Below are positions 14,030 to 38,525 of a stretch of 64,000 nucleotides of DNA, piece after piece (the first letter of the stretch is position 1; every line of letters starts with the position of its first letter). A program made the translations under genes and the position numbers. The notes below the pieces were generated by a model. It searched no databases and was not told the DNA's origin. It saw only the letters and a program-made list of their open reading frames with translations. Source of the DNA: the human T2T-CHM13v2.0 reference genome, Homo sapiens; NCBI RefSeq assembly GCF_009914755.1, contig NC_060947.1. One strand, 5' to 3'.

Positions 14030-15648
14030 AACATCACACTCTGCTGCTTTTTCTCTTTTCGCTGGCAGCTCATTCACCGTCTCCTTTGCTGCCTCCTCCT
14101 TATCTCCTCATACCTTGAACTTCTCTTTTGCGTCTCCACTCACTACCTTGATGTTCTCGCCTTGTCTCATGCCTTTAAATACACTTACTATTCTGTTGCC
14201 TTCCAGATTTATATTTCTAACCCAGTTAAGACTCTTATCTTACTGCCTACTCAACATCTCCACTCAGATATTCAACACTTTTATCTCAAACAAATGTGCA
14301 TGCCCCAAAGCGAGCTCCTGACAAATACTCCCCTCAACCTGCTCTTCCTGCTGTTTCCCTAGCCTCAGTAAATGGCAACTCCATTCCTTCATTGGGTCAG
14401 GCTCAAAACTTTTAAGCCATTGTTGACTCCACTCCTTATCTCATGCCCTACCTCTAATCCATCAGCAAATTTGGTCAACTCTACCATCAGAACACATTCA
14501 GAGCACAGTCACTTCTCACTACCATACTGCTATCCTCCCGGGTTGAGAAACCACCATCTCTCATCTGGACCATTGCAATAGCTAATTGCTTCTCCTTTAG
14601 GCTCCTGTAGCAAACTGGCCACTAAGATTGGAACTCCCTCTTCTGTCGTAGGGAGTTGTTGCTGGGAAGTGGCTGTCCAGACGGGAATATTTCCCAAGTT
14701 TTTGTCTATTCAGGTGGGACCATATGAATTGTTTTCACAATTGGGATATCAGCAGAAATAAGATAAGTCATGTAAAAAAGATGACCATTATCTTATTTAT
14801 AAGTAATAAGAAAATAAGATAACCAGTAATAAGGAAAAAGAGAACCGTCTGGGTCAAGGTGGTTTAGAAGCAGGTGTTTCTTGTTTCTTCTTCCTCTACC
14901 TCTGTGGCTCAAAACTGAGAGTGATTTTGCCCCACCCCTGCCAGGGCACATTTGGCAATGCCTGGAGACACTTTTCATTTTCATGAGTCGGGGGTGGGGG
15001 GATGTGTTACTGGCATTTAGTGGGCAATGGTGAGGATGCTGCCAAACATCCTACAGTGTCCAGGACAGCTCCCCCAAACAAAGAATTATCCAGCTCAAAA
15101 TGTCAATAGTGCTGAGGGTGAGAAACCCTATAGGATAAAATCTTTAGACCCTAGTGGGTGGTAAAACCACAAAATCAAAAGAACTTGGTTTCCTGAATAA
15201 CTATGTGGAAGACCATCCTCAAACCCAGAATGCTCACGTCGGACTGCTAAAGTGAATTAAACCACTGAAATGTTTAGGTTTATTTGTTAATTAAAACACT
15301 CCCTTAAGTCATTCTCAACATAGCAGGCAGAATGATCCTGTTGAAACATAACTCAGGTTACATCACTCTTCTGTTTAGAAACTCCCAATGTCTTCCCGTC
15401 ACAGTCCAAGTAAAAGCTAAAGTCCTTATGATGGTCTAAAATGCCCTATGTGATCTGGCTTCCCAATATTCTCCCGACCACGTCTCCTACCCCTTTTCCC
15501 TATGGTACTGTGCTCCAACTAACCTGGTCTCTTTGCCTTCTTGAACCCTCTAGGCGGCTTCCAACCTTAGGGTCCTTGCATGGGCTATTCCCTTTGTTGT
15601 AAATGCCCTTCCCCCAGACAACCACACGGTGTCCTCTCTCAGCTTCTT
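14030..15648 (+). mobile_element. L2 (continues at 24672-24960), containing an MLT1-like LTR at ~14605-15290
   Basis: tgcctactcaacatctccact, ccagtcttcc-type and aaaagctaaagtcctta L2 motifs; sequence resumes after the L1 block. Confidence 0.8.
14901..15129. mobile_element. MER20 (hAT DNA transposon)
   Basis: gattttgcccc...ggcacatttggcaatgcctggagaca...caaaatgtcaatagtgctgagggtgagaaaccct. Confidence 0.85.
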
Positions 15649-15834
15649 AAAAAAATTATAATTTTTTTTACTTCCACATAATCAGTGGAAGCATTTAGTC
15701 ATTCTATTAATCATTTATTTCATGTTTAACTCTTATTACATCTAAATTTAAAAGTATTGCTAAGAAGTTGTGAAGGTTTGGGAAGGAGGAGTCTCTAGAT
15801 TCTCGTTCTTTTTAAAAAATACTTTCTAAAAATT

Positions 15835-22980
<7,146 letters not shown>

Positions 22981-23089
22981 ATCATTTCCCACATTCCAGG
23001 ATGTCCCAGTATCCTCAATACAGATGTCCCAGTATCTGCAGGTCACAGGGAGACTGAAGCTGTGGGCCTCACCAAGCAGAGTCTCTCCC

Positions 23090-24659
23090 TCTCTTTCAGG
23101 GGCACCAATAAGTTGTACATTTGGTCTCCTTATGTAATCCCATATTTCTTGGAGGTTTTCTTCGTTCTTCTTTAATATTTTTTGTTTATTTTTGTCTGCT
23201 GAGTTATTTTGGAGAACTGGTCTTTGAGCTCTGAGATTCTTTCCTCAGCTTGGTCGATTCTGCTATTAATACTTGTAATTATATTTTGAAGTTCTTGAAG
23301 AGAGTTTTTCAGCTCTATCAGATCAGTTTGGATCTTTTCTTTTTCCTTTCCTTTCCTTTCCTTTCCTTTCCTTTCCTTTCCTTTCCTTTCCTTTCCTTTC
23401 CTTTCTCTTTCCCTTTGCTTTCCTTTTTTTCTTTTCTTTTCTTTTTTTTCTTTCTTTTCTTTCTTTTTTTCTTACAGGGTCTATCATCCAGACTGGAGTG
23501 CAGTGGTGCAAACATGGTTGACTGCAGTCTTGACCTCTCTGGACTCAGTTGATCCTCCCACCTCAGCCTCCTGAGTAGTCAGGACCACAGGCGTGCACCA
23601 CAACGCCAGCTATTTTTTGTACTTTTTTGTAGTGACAGGATTTTGCTATGATGGTTAGGCTACTCACGAACTCCTGAGTTCAGGCAATCCACCTGTCTTG
23701 GCCTCCCAAAGTGCTGGGATTACAGGTGTGAGCCACCACACCTGCCTGATTCTTTCTCAAAATGGCCATTTTGTCTTTCGTCTCCTGTATTATTTTATTG
23801 CTTTCCTTAGATTCCTTGGATTTGGTTTTGACTTTCTCCTAGATCTCAATGATCTTCATTCCTATCTATATTCTGAATTCTATTTCTGTCATTTTAACCA
23901 TTTCAACCTGGTGAGGAACCATTTCTGGGGAACTAGTGCAGTCATTTGGATGTAAGAAGATACTCTGACTTTTTGAGTTACCAGAGTTCTTGTGCTGGCT
24001 CTTTCTCATCTGTGTGTGCTGATGTCCCTTCAATCTTTGACACTGCTGTCCTTTGGATGCTTTTTTTCCCTTTTATCTCCTTTGATGCCCTTGGGCATTT
24101 GATTGTATGAGGTGGGTTCACCTTATACAAGGATATAAGGTGGGTTTAGTCAACTGGCTTTATTTCTGGAAGATTTTAGGGGGCCAAGGCTCAGCTCAGC
24201 ACTCCTGGACTGCATGCGCTAATTCTGGGGGCTGGTACTAGGCCCCAGGTTTGTTCTCTGGCCCCTCAAAGTTAGGAACCTGCTGATCTGGAAGGGCCGA
24301 GGTGTTCCTGGACCACTGTCCACAACACTCCAATGGGTGGTGCTGGCCAAAGTACTTCACTGGGACAGTGGCAGCAAGATCTGTGCTCATTTGCATGTGC
24401 CAGCAGCAGCGTGGTGGGGTACACGCTCATTGGCTGGGGTGGGCGCTGGCAGGCACGGGACTGCTGGCCTCCGTGCATGTATTGGCAGCAGCGGCTGTAG
24501 CTTGAGCAGCGTCACTGGCCTCGGTGTGTGCCTTTGCAATGGGGGCAATGTCTGCATGGGGATGGGATACTGGCTGCCACAGGGCTGCTGGCCTCCTTGC
24601 ATGCATTCATGCTGACAGTGGTAGTGGCGTGAGGTGCAGGTTGTGGGCCAGGGTTGCTA
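23090..24659 (-). mobile_element. Second L1 5'UTR/ORF1-start segment, homologous to ~20560-21950
   Basis: Aligns by eye with the first copy (ctgagattctttcctcagcttggtc, tatattctgaattctatttctgtcatttta). Confidence 0.88.
23337..23746 (-). mobile_element. AluJ with a (TTTCC)n expanded tail
   Basis: AluJ-type body 23475-23746; (tttcc)n at ~23340-23402. Confidence 0.88.
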
Positions 24660-24671
24660 TCTCAGCTTCTT

Positions 24672-24960
24672 GAAATCATTGCTTAAATGTCACTCATGGG
24701 CCCTTTTCCAAATATCCTATTAAAATTCCAACTCCTTGCCACGCCTGTACCCTGCCTAATTTTTTTTCCATAGCACATCTTGCCATCTGACATACTATGT
24801 ATTTTACTTATTTAATTGTCTGTCTGCCTTAACTAAAGAGAAGCTCCATGAGGGAAGAGATTTGGTATCTTCTGTTCATAACTGTATCCTTAGTAACTAG
24901 AAAAGTGCCTAGCTTAATGCTACCATTGAATGAATGAGTGAGTGAATAGTACATGAATAA
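24672..24960 (+). mobile_element. L2 3' end
   Basis: aagctccatgaggg...ttgaatgaatgagtgagtgaat. Confidence 0.85.
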
Positions 24961-27739
24961 GGCCATCTGTGTGCTTGCTGGGCCCAGCTGACAGAGGTAA
25001 AGTGGAGTGACGGGCTTTTGGAGCTGGCAGACAGGTTCCCACCATTGTTTCTCAGACCCACCCTCTTCCATTGCTCTGGGTAACAGTATTGGAGAGGACT
25101 GAGGAGTAGGTGGTTAGTGCTCACTGCTTTCTCCAGCATGATCTCTGGTTGTCAAGAGGACACAGGGTATGGGGCAGAGGATGGAGTTGACAGGACAGTT
25201 GTAGCAGGAGGATCTGCATGGGTGCTTGTCCCCAAGATCCTTAAAGTCCCCAATGGACCTATGTGCCTGGTACCTATGGGCACATGCTCTGCCTTGCTTT
25301 GAGGTGTGGAGGGGATCCTCAGGGGTTTTTGTTGGGGAGGGTACACAGATTCTCCAGGTATTAGTAGGCTACTAGAGAGGGGGCACTCAGGCTTCAGGGA
25401 AGTCATGGCTGCTGTGAAATATTGTGTCATAGGTGAGGGGGACAATCAGTCATCTCAGACCAATTTGGGCAGAGATAGATAGGCAGGACAGCTGTGCGAC
25501 CCGGGAGATGTGGGGGATAGTGGCAGCAGTGTCTTGAGATTCTGTTGTGTGTGCATACACACGTACTCCTTACAATGAACCTGTGAGGTAAGTACTGATA
25601 CCATCTTTGCTTTTTTAAAGAGAAAACTGAAGCGCAGAGAGGTTAAGTACTTTGCTCAGTCTCACACAGCTAATAAGTGGGAGAGTCAGGATTTGAATCC
25701 AGGCAGTTGGGCTGGGTCAAGAGTCACACTCTTAGCCATCACTCTACCGCTTCTCATGATGAGCCCAGAACTGGATGTATTCATTTGCTGGTAAGGAGAG
25801 AAACTATTTTCTGTTAGGTGCAGACCATTCTTACGGTGGTGCTGGGTACCTAATTCAGGCCTACCTGACTATATTGTCTTTGGTTCAGCCAGGGATGGAG
25901 AAGGGGGTGACAGGTCTTAGATATGTGTGTGTGAATGGGAAGGTCTATGAAGAGGACTTTGCAGAATGGGGATGTGATTCAAGAGGACTTTGCAGAATGG
26001 GGAGGTTGAGTGACAGGCTTCCCCTGGAGACAAGACACCCCTACTGGAGAGAAGGATAGTGTCTGGAACTCATAGAGGCCCAGTACTCAGGATGAAGTAT
26101 GCGATCGTGGCAAGGATACCTCTCCATCTAAGATGGTGTTGTGACCTTGGAAAGGTGGTCATATCTGTGATGACATCAGTGGTATTGTCCTGAAGAAGGG
26201 GGAGTTAGGACTTGGTATTGTAGTCTTTAAGGTTCTCCAGGTCTGCCTTTGGACTGAGTTCTGGTATAACTAGTGGTGGCATCCTGGAAGACACCAGTAC
26301 CATTAAAGAATACTGTGACAGACTCAGGGTTCCCAGTGGCCTCCAGAGCCATGTGCTGAGTGTCAAATAGGCCTGGGTGGCTTGCTAAGGTGGAAATAGC
26401 ATGGTGTGCTTGCTTTCCCCACCAGGACTTACAGCTGGCTCTTGCGGAAATTATATCATGCCATGCCTCACACCTTGCTCCTTCAGAGCATACGCTGGAG
26501 TGGTAAGCATATTGATCAGACACTGGTGTTTGCCTGGCTGTGTTGCCTCAAACATCCATCACCACAGCTGAATGGCCCCATTGTTATCAGACCATAGGCT
26601 TCCAGGGCTGTGGAGGCTCCTGCTGTCTCTTGGAGTGATGGCTTTGGTGAAAAGCATCTGGGTGGTGATTTTGGCTACTCACACAGATTATCTGTGGAAG
26701 CTGAATCTCTGGACAAATTACCTACTCCCCAGGACAGGCTGAGCTTTGGTGTTGATCTTACTGCTGCTGCCTCTGACCATGGAGAAGACATGGGCCTCTC
26801 TCCTGGTGCCAGGCAGATCACTAGCCTCAGCCAGGCAGTTTCTGTGAGAAGCTGGCTCAGGTACAGGCCCCTGAGTCCTGATACTCTGCAATTGCCTCGA
26901 AGAGCTGACTTCCATGACTTTCTGAGTTTAGTCAGGGTGGAGAGTAACATTTCTCAAGTCCTGGAACATCTACCAGGGTAAGACTGCAGGTAGTCTTTTT
27001 CCATCTCTGGGAGACGTGCTTTCAGGCTGGGTGGGTGAGGGGAGCTGCAGTGGCAACTTTTTCTCCTCCCAGCACTCAGGCCAGTGGCCATGGGCATTTG
27101 GGAAGAGCCCTGGCTAATTGCTGCCAGCTTCTTCTCAGCCAACCCTTCCCGTTGCCAAGTTCACTTCATCTCAGACATGGAAATGTCCTCAGGTCACTCT
27201 GCTCACCATCATTTTGCCAAAACCTTTCCCCCCAGGTTCCAGGTTGTTTAGCTTGGGCTGACATGGAACACTGGATCCACACGGAAGGGACCCTGATGGC
27301 TAGCCCAGGCCCCAGATACCCACTGCCAGGCTTTCCTCCTCAGCCTGTGCTTCATTCACCTGGTCCTGAGGGGTGATGGGGCAATATTCTCCGAGCCCCA
27401 CAGTTGCCCCACTCAGGAACTGATAGGCAGAAGCTTCAGACTGCGTCCTCCTCCACCTCTGCCTATGCCGCAATACCCTCTGGTGGTCAGCATGCCCCAA
27501 GCCTCAGGGAGAACTGAGAATTGCCACTCCTGAGAACTGTGCCTGCACCCAGGGTACAAGCTCTAGCTAGGGCTACCCCCTCATCCCCGCTTCGGGGGAA
27601 ATTAGCAAGCCACATTTCTAGATAAATGGAATCTGAAGTCTGTTCTAGGTGAGTTGCTTTGTGAGTGCCCAGCTCTAGCTTGCTGGGGGACTTAGACTTG
27701 GCTCCTTCTGCAGCTGGTCTGCTCCTCCCTTTCTGGTGC
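24960..27739 (-). pseudogene. Decayed Pro/Thr/Ser-rich (mucin-like) exon block
   Basis: Acceptor gggttttctatag (AG at 27740-41); one minus frame gives RHRQRWRR, KLPLQLPSPTQPESTSP, QDNTTDVITDMTTFP, GTSTHADPPATTVLSTPSSAP with interspersed stops. Confidence 0.4.
25560..25750 (-). mobile_element. MIR
   Basis: aactgaagcgcagagaggttaagtactttgctca...ggatttgaatccaggcag. Confidence 0.85.
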
Positions 27740-27884
27740 CTATAGAAAACCCGAGTATGTACTGGTCCTGCTCTATGGAGGCCAGTCCTTGATTCCAGCA
27801 AGGGGAAGGTTCAGGAGCTCATCAGGCCACAGAATTTCTCCTTCTTGCCTGTGGGCTCACAGTCAATGCCTCAGCTTCTGGGCT

Positions 27885-28282
27885 TGTATTATTTTCCTTT
27901 AGCTGCCACAACGAAGACCCACAAATTGGATGGTTCAAACAACAGAAATTATTCTCTCACAGTTCTGGAGGCTAGAAGTCTGAAATCAAGGTGTTGGCAG
28001 AGTTGTTTCCTTCTGGAGGTTGTGAGAGAGCATCTGTTCCTTGTTTCTCTCCTAGCTCCTGATGGTTTGCTGGCAATCACTGGCGTTTTCCAATCTCTGC
28101 CTCCATCTTCATATTGCCTTCTCTTCTCTTGTAAGGACACTTGTCATTGGATTTAGAGCTCATCATAAAACAGGACAATTTTGCCTTAAGATCCTTATTT
28201 CCATCTGCAAAGACACTTTTTCCAAATAAGGTCATGGGCTCTTGATGGTCATAACTTTTGGGAGCCACTATTCAAGCAACTA
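27885..28282 (-). mobile_element. MLT1 MaLR LTR
   Basis: tgtattattttcc...aacaacagaaattattctctcacagttctggaggctagaagtc...ccactattcaagcaactaca. Confidence 0.85.
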
Positions 28283-28899
28283 CAGGGCTCATGCCAGGAG
28301 GACCTCAGGAGCACACGTCTATACCTGGACCCCTCCAGCCCTTCAGGACTCAAAGGAGATCCATGTATAGGGAGAGGCACATCTAGTGACTTTTCACAGA
28401 TGCACAGAGCAACTGTCTTGCTCCTGCTGACACCAGAGGGACTTGGAAACTTGATGCAAGTGTGGGTGGATGTGCTACCAGGTTGGCCTTTAGCTGCCAC
28501 AACAAATACCCCAAAATTGGATGACTTAAACAACAGAAACTTATTCTGTCACAGTTCTTGAGGCTAGAAGTAATGCCACGCACTTCATCCAGGACTACTC
28601 ACCTCAGAGGTCTCTGCCACTGGGACCCACCTGGCCCCTCAGGCCAGCAGTGTTGTGTTGGGGAAGGGTATATTTACATTCAAACCCTCACTGGGCCTCT
28701 CATTAACTAAAACAAGTTACTCAAATGCCCTGTGCCTCACCTATAAAATGGAGACTTCTACCAGAGCTTGTTATTATTATCTCAGTAGAACTATTTGTCC
28801 AGCCCCCAGTGATGGTACCTCAGAAAGCTCCAAGTTCCAGACCCAGGTGCCCTCTGAACTGGCCAAACTCCAGTTCATATAAGGAGACACTGAGGACAA

Positions 28900-29812
<913 letters not shown>

Positions 29813-30644
29813 CATGTGCCCATTGTTGTCAGTACCAGGGTCTCACAAGCATGCCTATTTGGTTTCCCAGTATATGGGGACACTGCATGTCAAGAAACTG
29901 GTGCTGACTATCAGTCTTGCTTCACTTTCCCAGAGCCCTCAAATATTTCCAGTGGAAAGTTCACAATTCAGCCACCTCCTGCCATGCTTTCACCCATGTT
30001 TCAGATGCATACCACCCACTTACTAGGAGACATTTGTAGTCATTGTGGTCAGAAGGATGGCCATGACACCATGACCCATGGATGAGATCCCACAATTGAC
30101 TTGGTGTACAGGTCCCATGTCCCTGCCTAGTGTGTGCATTCCCCTTCAGAGCCCCAGGCCCAGGCCCTGGCAATTCAAACATTCACCCCACACAAGACCC
30201 AGCCTCTTTTCACATTTTCCTGAAAGAAGGCACATGCATCCAAAGCATTACCAAGCAATGCTGGTTTCACCGAAGATTTCCCAGGGGAAGTGGAAGAGCC
30301 TTCATTCCACATGTCCTTGAGCATGCTACTTTATTGAAGTCCAGGCTCTTCTCTCCCAGCCTCTACATACAATGGCTATGCTATAGCCAGGTATGAAAGC
30401 CAATCTTCTAGAGGGCAAGAAGGAATTATAAATGAACAATGGATAATTTTGTCTTGCTACATATATACTAAGGTGTGGCATGGGCTCATCTAGAGTCTTC
30501 TTATTCCCACTGATCCTAGATTTCTCAGAAAAGCTCTGTAGGCTAGCAGTATTTATGACACAGAATGACCAGGAGCCCCCATCATCATCTCTGAGGGGTC
30601 AGCAAGTAGCAAGTGACCCCTCTGAGGGATCAGCCATCTGAATC

Positions 30645-35214
<4,570 letters not shown>

Positions 35215-35215
<1 letters not shown>

Positions 35216-37375
35216 AAGCAGAATTACCATTCGACCCAGCAATCTTAATACTGGGTATATACCCAAAGGAATATGTCATTCTACCCTAAAGACACATGTA
35301 TGCATATGTTCATTACTGTGCTATTTATAATAGCAAAGACATGGAATCAACCTAAATGCCCACAAAGGTCTAGAACCAGAAATACCATTTGACCCAGAAA
35401 TCCCATTACTGGGTATATACCCAAATGACTATAAATCATTCTACTGTAAAGATTCATGAACACGTATGTTTATTAGAGCACTATTTACAATAGCAAAGAC
35501 TTGGAACCAACCCAAATGTCCTTCAATGATAAACTGGATAAAGAAAATGTGGCACATATACACCATAGGATACTATGCAGCCATAAAAAAGAATGAGTTC
35601 ATGTCCTTTGCAGGGACATGGATGAAGCTGGAAGCCACCATTCTCAGCAAACTAACACAGGAACAGAACACCAAACACCGCATGTTCTCACTTATAAGTG
35701 GGAGTTGAACAATGAGAACACATGGGCACAGGGAGGAGAATATCATATACCAGGGCCTGTTGGGGGTGGGGTGCAAGGGGTGGGAGAGCATTAGGGCAAA
35801 TACCTAATGCATGCGGGGCTTAAAACCTGGATGACAGGTTGGTGAGTGCAGCAAACCACCATGGCACATGTATACCTATGTAACAAACCTGCACATTCTG
35901 CACATATATCCTAGAACTTAAAGTAAAATACAAATAAAAAAATAGTAGACTACATAGCCATATAAAGGAAGATCGTGTCCTTTGCAGGGACATGTATGAA
36001 GCTAGAAGCCATCATCCTCAGCAAACTTACACAGGAACAGAAAACCAAACACTGCCTGTTCTCACTCATAAGTGGGAGATGAACAATGGGAACACATGGA
36101 CACAGGGAGGGGAACAACACACACTGGGGCCAATCTGGGGGTGGGGGGCGAGGGGAGGACAAATACCTGATGCATGCGGGGCTTAAAACCTAAATGATGG
36201 GTTGATAGGTGCAGCAAACCACCATGGAACACGTATACATATGTAACACACATGTACGTTCTGCACATGCATTCCAGAACTTAAAATAAAATAATAAAAA
36301 AATAGTATACTGCATAAAGAAAATGTGGTACATATGCACCATGGAATACTACAAGCCATAAAAAGCAACAAGATTATGTCCTTTGCAGCAATATGGATGG
36401 AGCTGGAGGTCATTATCCTAAGCAAACTAACACAGGAACAGAAAACTACGTGCCACATATTCTCATAAGCGGGAGGTAAACATTGAGTACACATTGACAC
36501 AAAGAAGGGGACAACATATACCAGGGCCTACTTGAGGGTGAAGGGAGGGAGGAGGATGAGGATCAAAAAGCTTCCTATTGTGTACTATGCTTATCACCTG
36601 GGTAATGAAATAATCTGTGCACCAAGCCTCCATGACAGGCAGTTTTTCTATATAACAAACTTGCCCACATATCCCTGATCCTAAAATAAAATTAAAAAAA
36701 AAAAAAGAAAATGTGGTATATATACATAATGGAGTACTAGTCAGCTGTAAAAAAGAATGGAGTCATGCCTTTTGCAGAAACATGGATGGAACTGGAGGCC
36801 ATTATCTTAAGTGAAACAGCTCAGAAACAGAAAATCAAATGTCACTTGTTCTTACTTGTAAGTGGGAGCTAAATACGTGTACACATGGGTATAGAGGGTG
36901 GAATAATAGACACTGGAGACTCAGAAGAGTGGAAGGATGGGAGGAGAGTGAGACGTGAGAAATTACTTAGTGCGTACCATGGACACAATTTGGGTGATTG
37001 TTACACTAAAAGCCCAGACTTTACCGCTATGCAACATATCCATGTACCAAAACTGCACTTGTACCCCGTAAATCGATACAAATAAAAAAAAGTAAGGTGT
37101 ATACATGAATGTGGAGTGTGGACATGGAGCATGTAATAATAGACAATGGAGATTAGAAAGGCTTAGAGGGTGGGAGGTGGATGATGTGAAATTACTTAAT
37201 TGGTACAATGTATGTTATTCAGTAATGGATACACTAGAAGCCCTGACTTCACCCTACAGGATCTGTGCATGTATAGGTTTGTGCAAAAGTAATTGTGTTT
37301 TTTTTCCCAATAGTTTATTTTTAAATAAAAAATAAATTGCACCCTATAAATTTATACAAAATAAAAAATAAAGAA
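35215..37375 (+). mobile_element. Stack of nested L1PA/L1MA 3' ends
   Basis: Successive L1 3'UTRs, each with an A-rich tail (ending near 35940, 36300, 36705, 37090, 37375). Confidence 0.9.
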
Positions 37376-37409
37376 GAATACAGCCTTCAGTATGTGTCCT
37401 AGCCAGTTA

Positions 37410-37700
37410 GAATATAATGATAATCATGATACTGACAGATGCCTTACATAAAGCATTTACTATATGCCAGGCACTGTGCACAAAGACTCAGATAGATTGA
37501 CACAGATTTAACACATGCTCTCCCATTAGATCTTCACAACAGCCCCATGAAGTAGCTTCTGCAAGTATCCCCGTTTTACAGAATGAGGGGACTGATGCAC
37601 AGAAAGGCTGAATCACACAGACAGTAAGTGGCAGAGTTGGAATTTCAACCCAGGCAGTTGAGCTCCAGAGCCTCCACTCTTGGCCATCACATTTTACTGC
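37410..37700 (-). mobile_element. MIR
   Basis: cttcacaacagccccatgaagtag...ttttacagaatgagggg...gtaagtggcagagttggaatttcaacccaggc. Confidence 0.85.
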
Positions 37701-37709
37701 TTTTCTAGC

Positions 37710-38525
37710 TGTGCCAGGTATCAACATGTTGCCTCTCAGCCCCAAATCCAACTTTTGCTGCCTGGTTGTGATCCTGGAACATTGTCTCCTGGCCAGCTGG
37801 CATGATCTTAAGCTTTGCCTGTATAGGGTATTGGAGGGACTCTGGAGGATGAAAGGGCTTCTGTTCATGGTTTTGGTGTGCTGTGCCTTTTCCTCTTTTT
37901 GGGGCACTTGGCTGATGTGTGGGACACCCAGTGAAGGTCATTCCTGCTGCTTTCAGCATCAACCCTTCCCCTCCACCCCCATCTTATGTACCTTTCTAGA
38001 GGTGAGTAACAGCAGCATTCCCCTCCCCTGTGTATGGATTCCCTGTGCGTTCTGTGGGTGCCCCACCTGGTTTCTAGGCAAATTCAGCAGGTCCTGGTAA
38101 AAGGGCAGTTTCCTGGAGAGTTGTGAAGATGCCCTAGCTGGCTTTCCAGCATGTTCAACCCCTTCTCCTGGGCAGTTTCCCAGAGAATTTATTAGAAATT
38201 CAAGGGGATGCTTTCCTGCCTGCCATCTTCAGACCAGTAGGAGGCTTCCAGCCTAGTGGACTTCTCCATCATTTAGTTGGCTGAAACCATACCCTCTTCA
38301 ATGACATCTAAATCCTAGCCCTGGGGAAGCACCTCCCACCCTTCCAAGTTTGTTCCTTCCTTGAATACTCTCCCTTAGTCCTAGGATATCCTTTGGAATC
38401 CTTTTTAAATTCCTTCTTAGTAGTTAATTTACTATACATAGTTAATAATTCTTTATAATAAACATTTCTTGTTTAAATTACTATGAGTTTTCTGTCTCTC
38501 TCCTGGTTGAACCCCAATCAATTCA
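37710..38525 (+). mobile_element. Probable old ERVL-type LTR
   Basis: tg-start, ends with ttctgtctctctcc..gaacccc-type LTR tail; family not determined. Confidence 0.45.

Noticed and set aside
23318-23515. Lys/Arg/Glu-rich ORFs
   Set aside because: Translation of the (TTTCC)n Alu tail.
26610-27376. Plus-strand ORFs of 123 and 113 aa as real genes
   Set aside because: No recognisable domain or supporting exon structure; more simply explained as antisense shadows of the GC-richer block.
27470-27490. Second CTCF-like motif (tgaccaccagagggtattg, minus strand)
   Set aside because: 3' part departs from the consensus; too weak without binding data.
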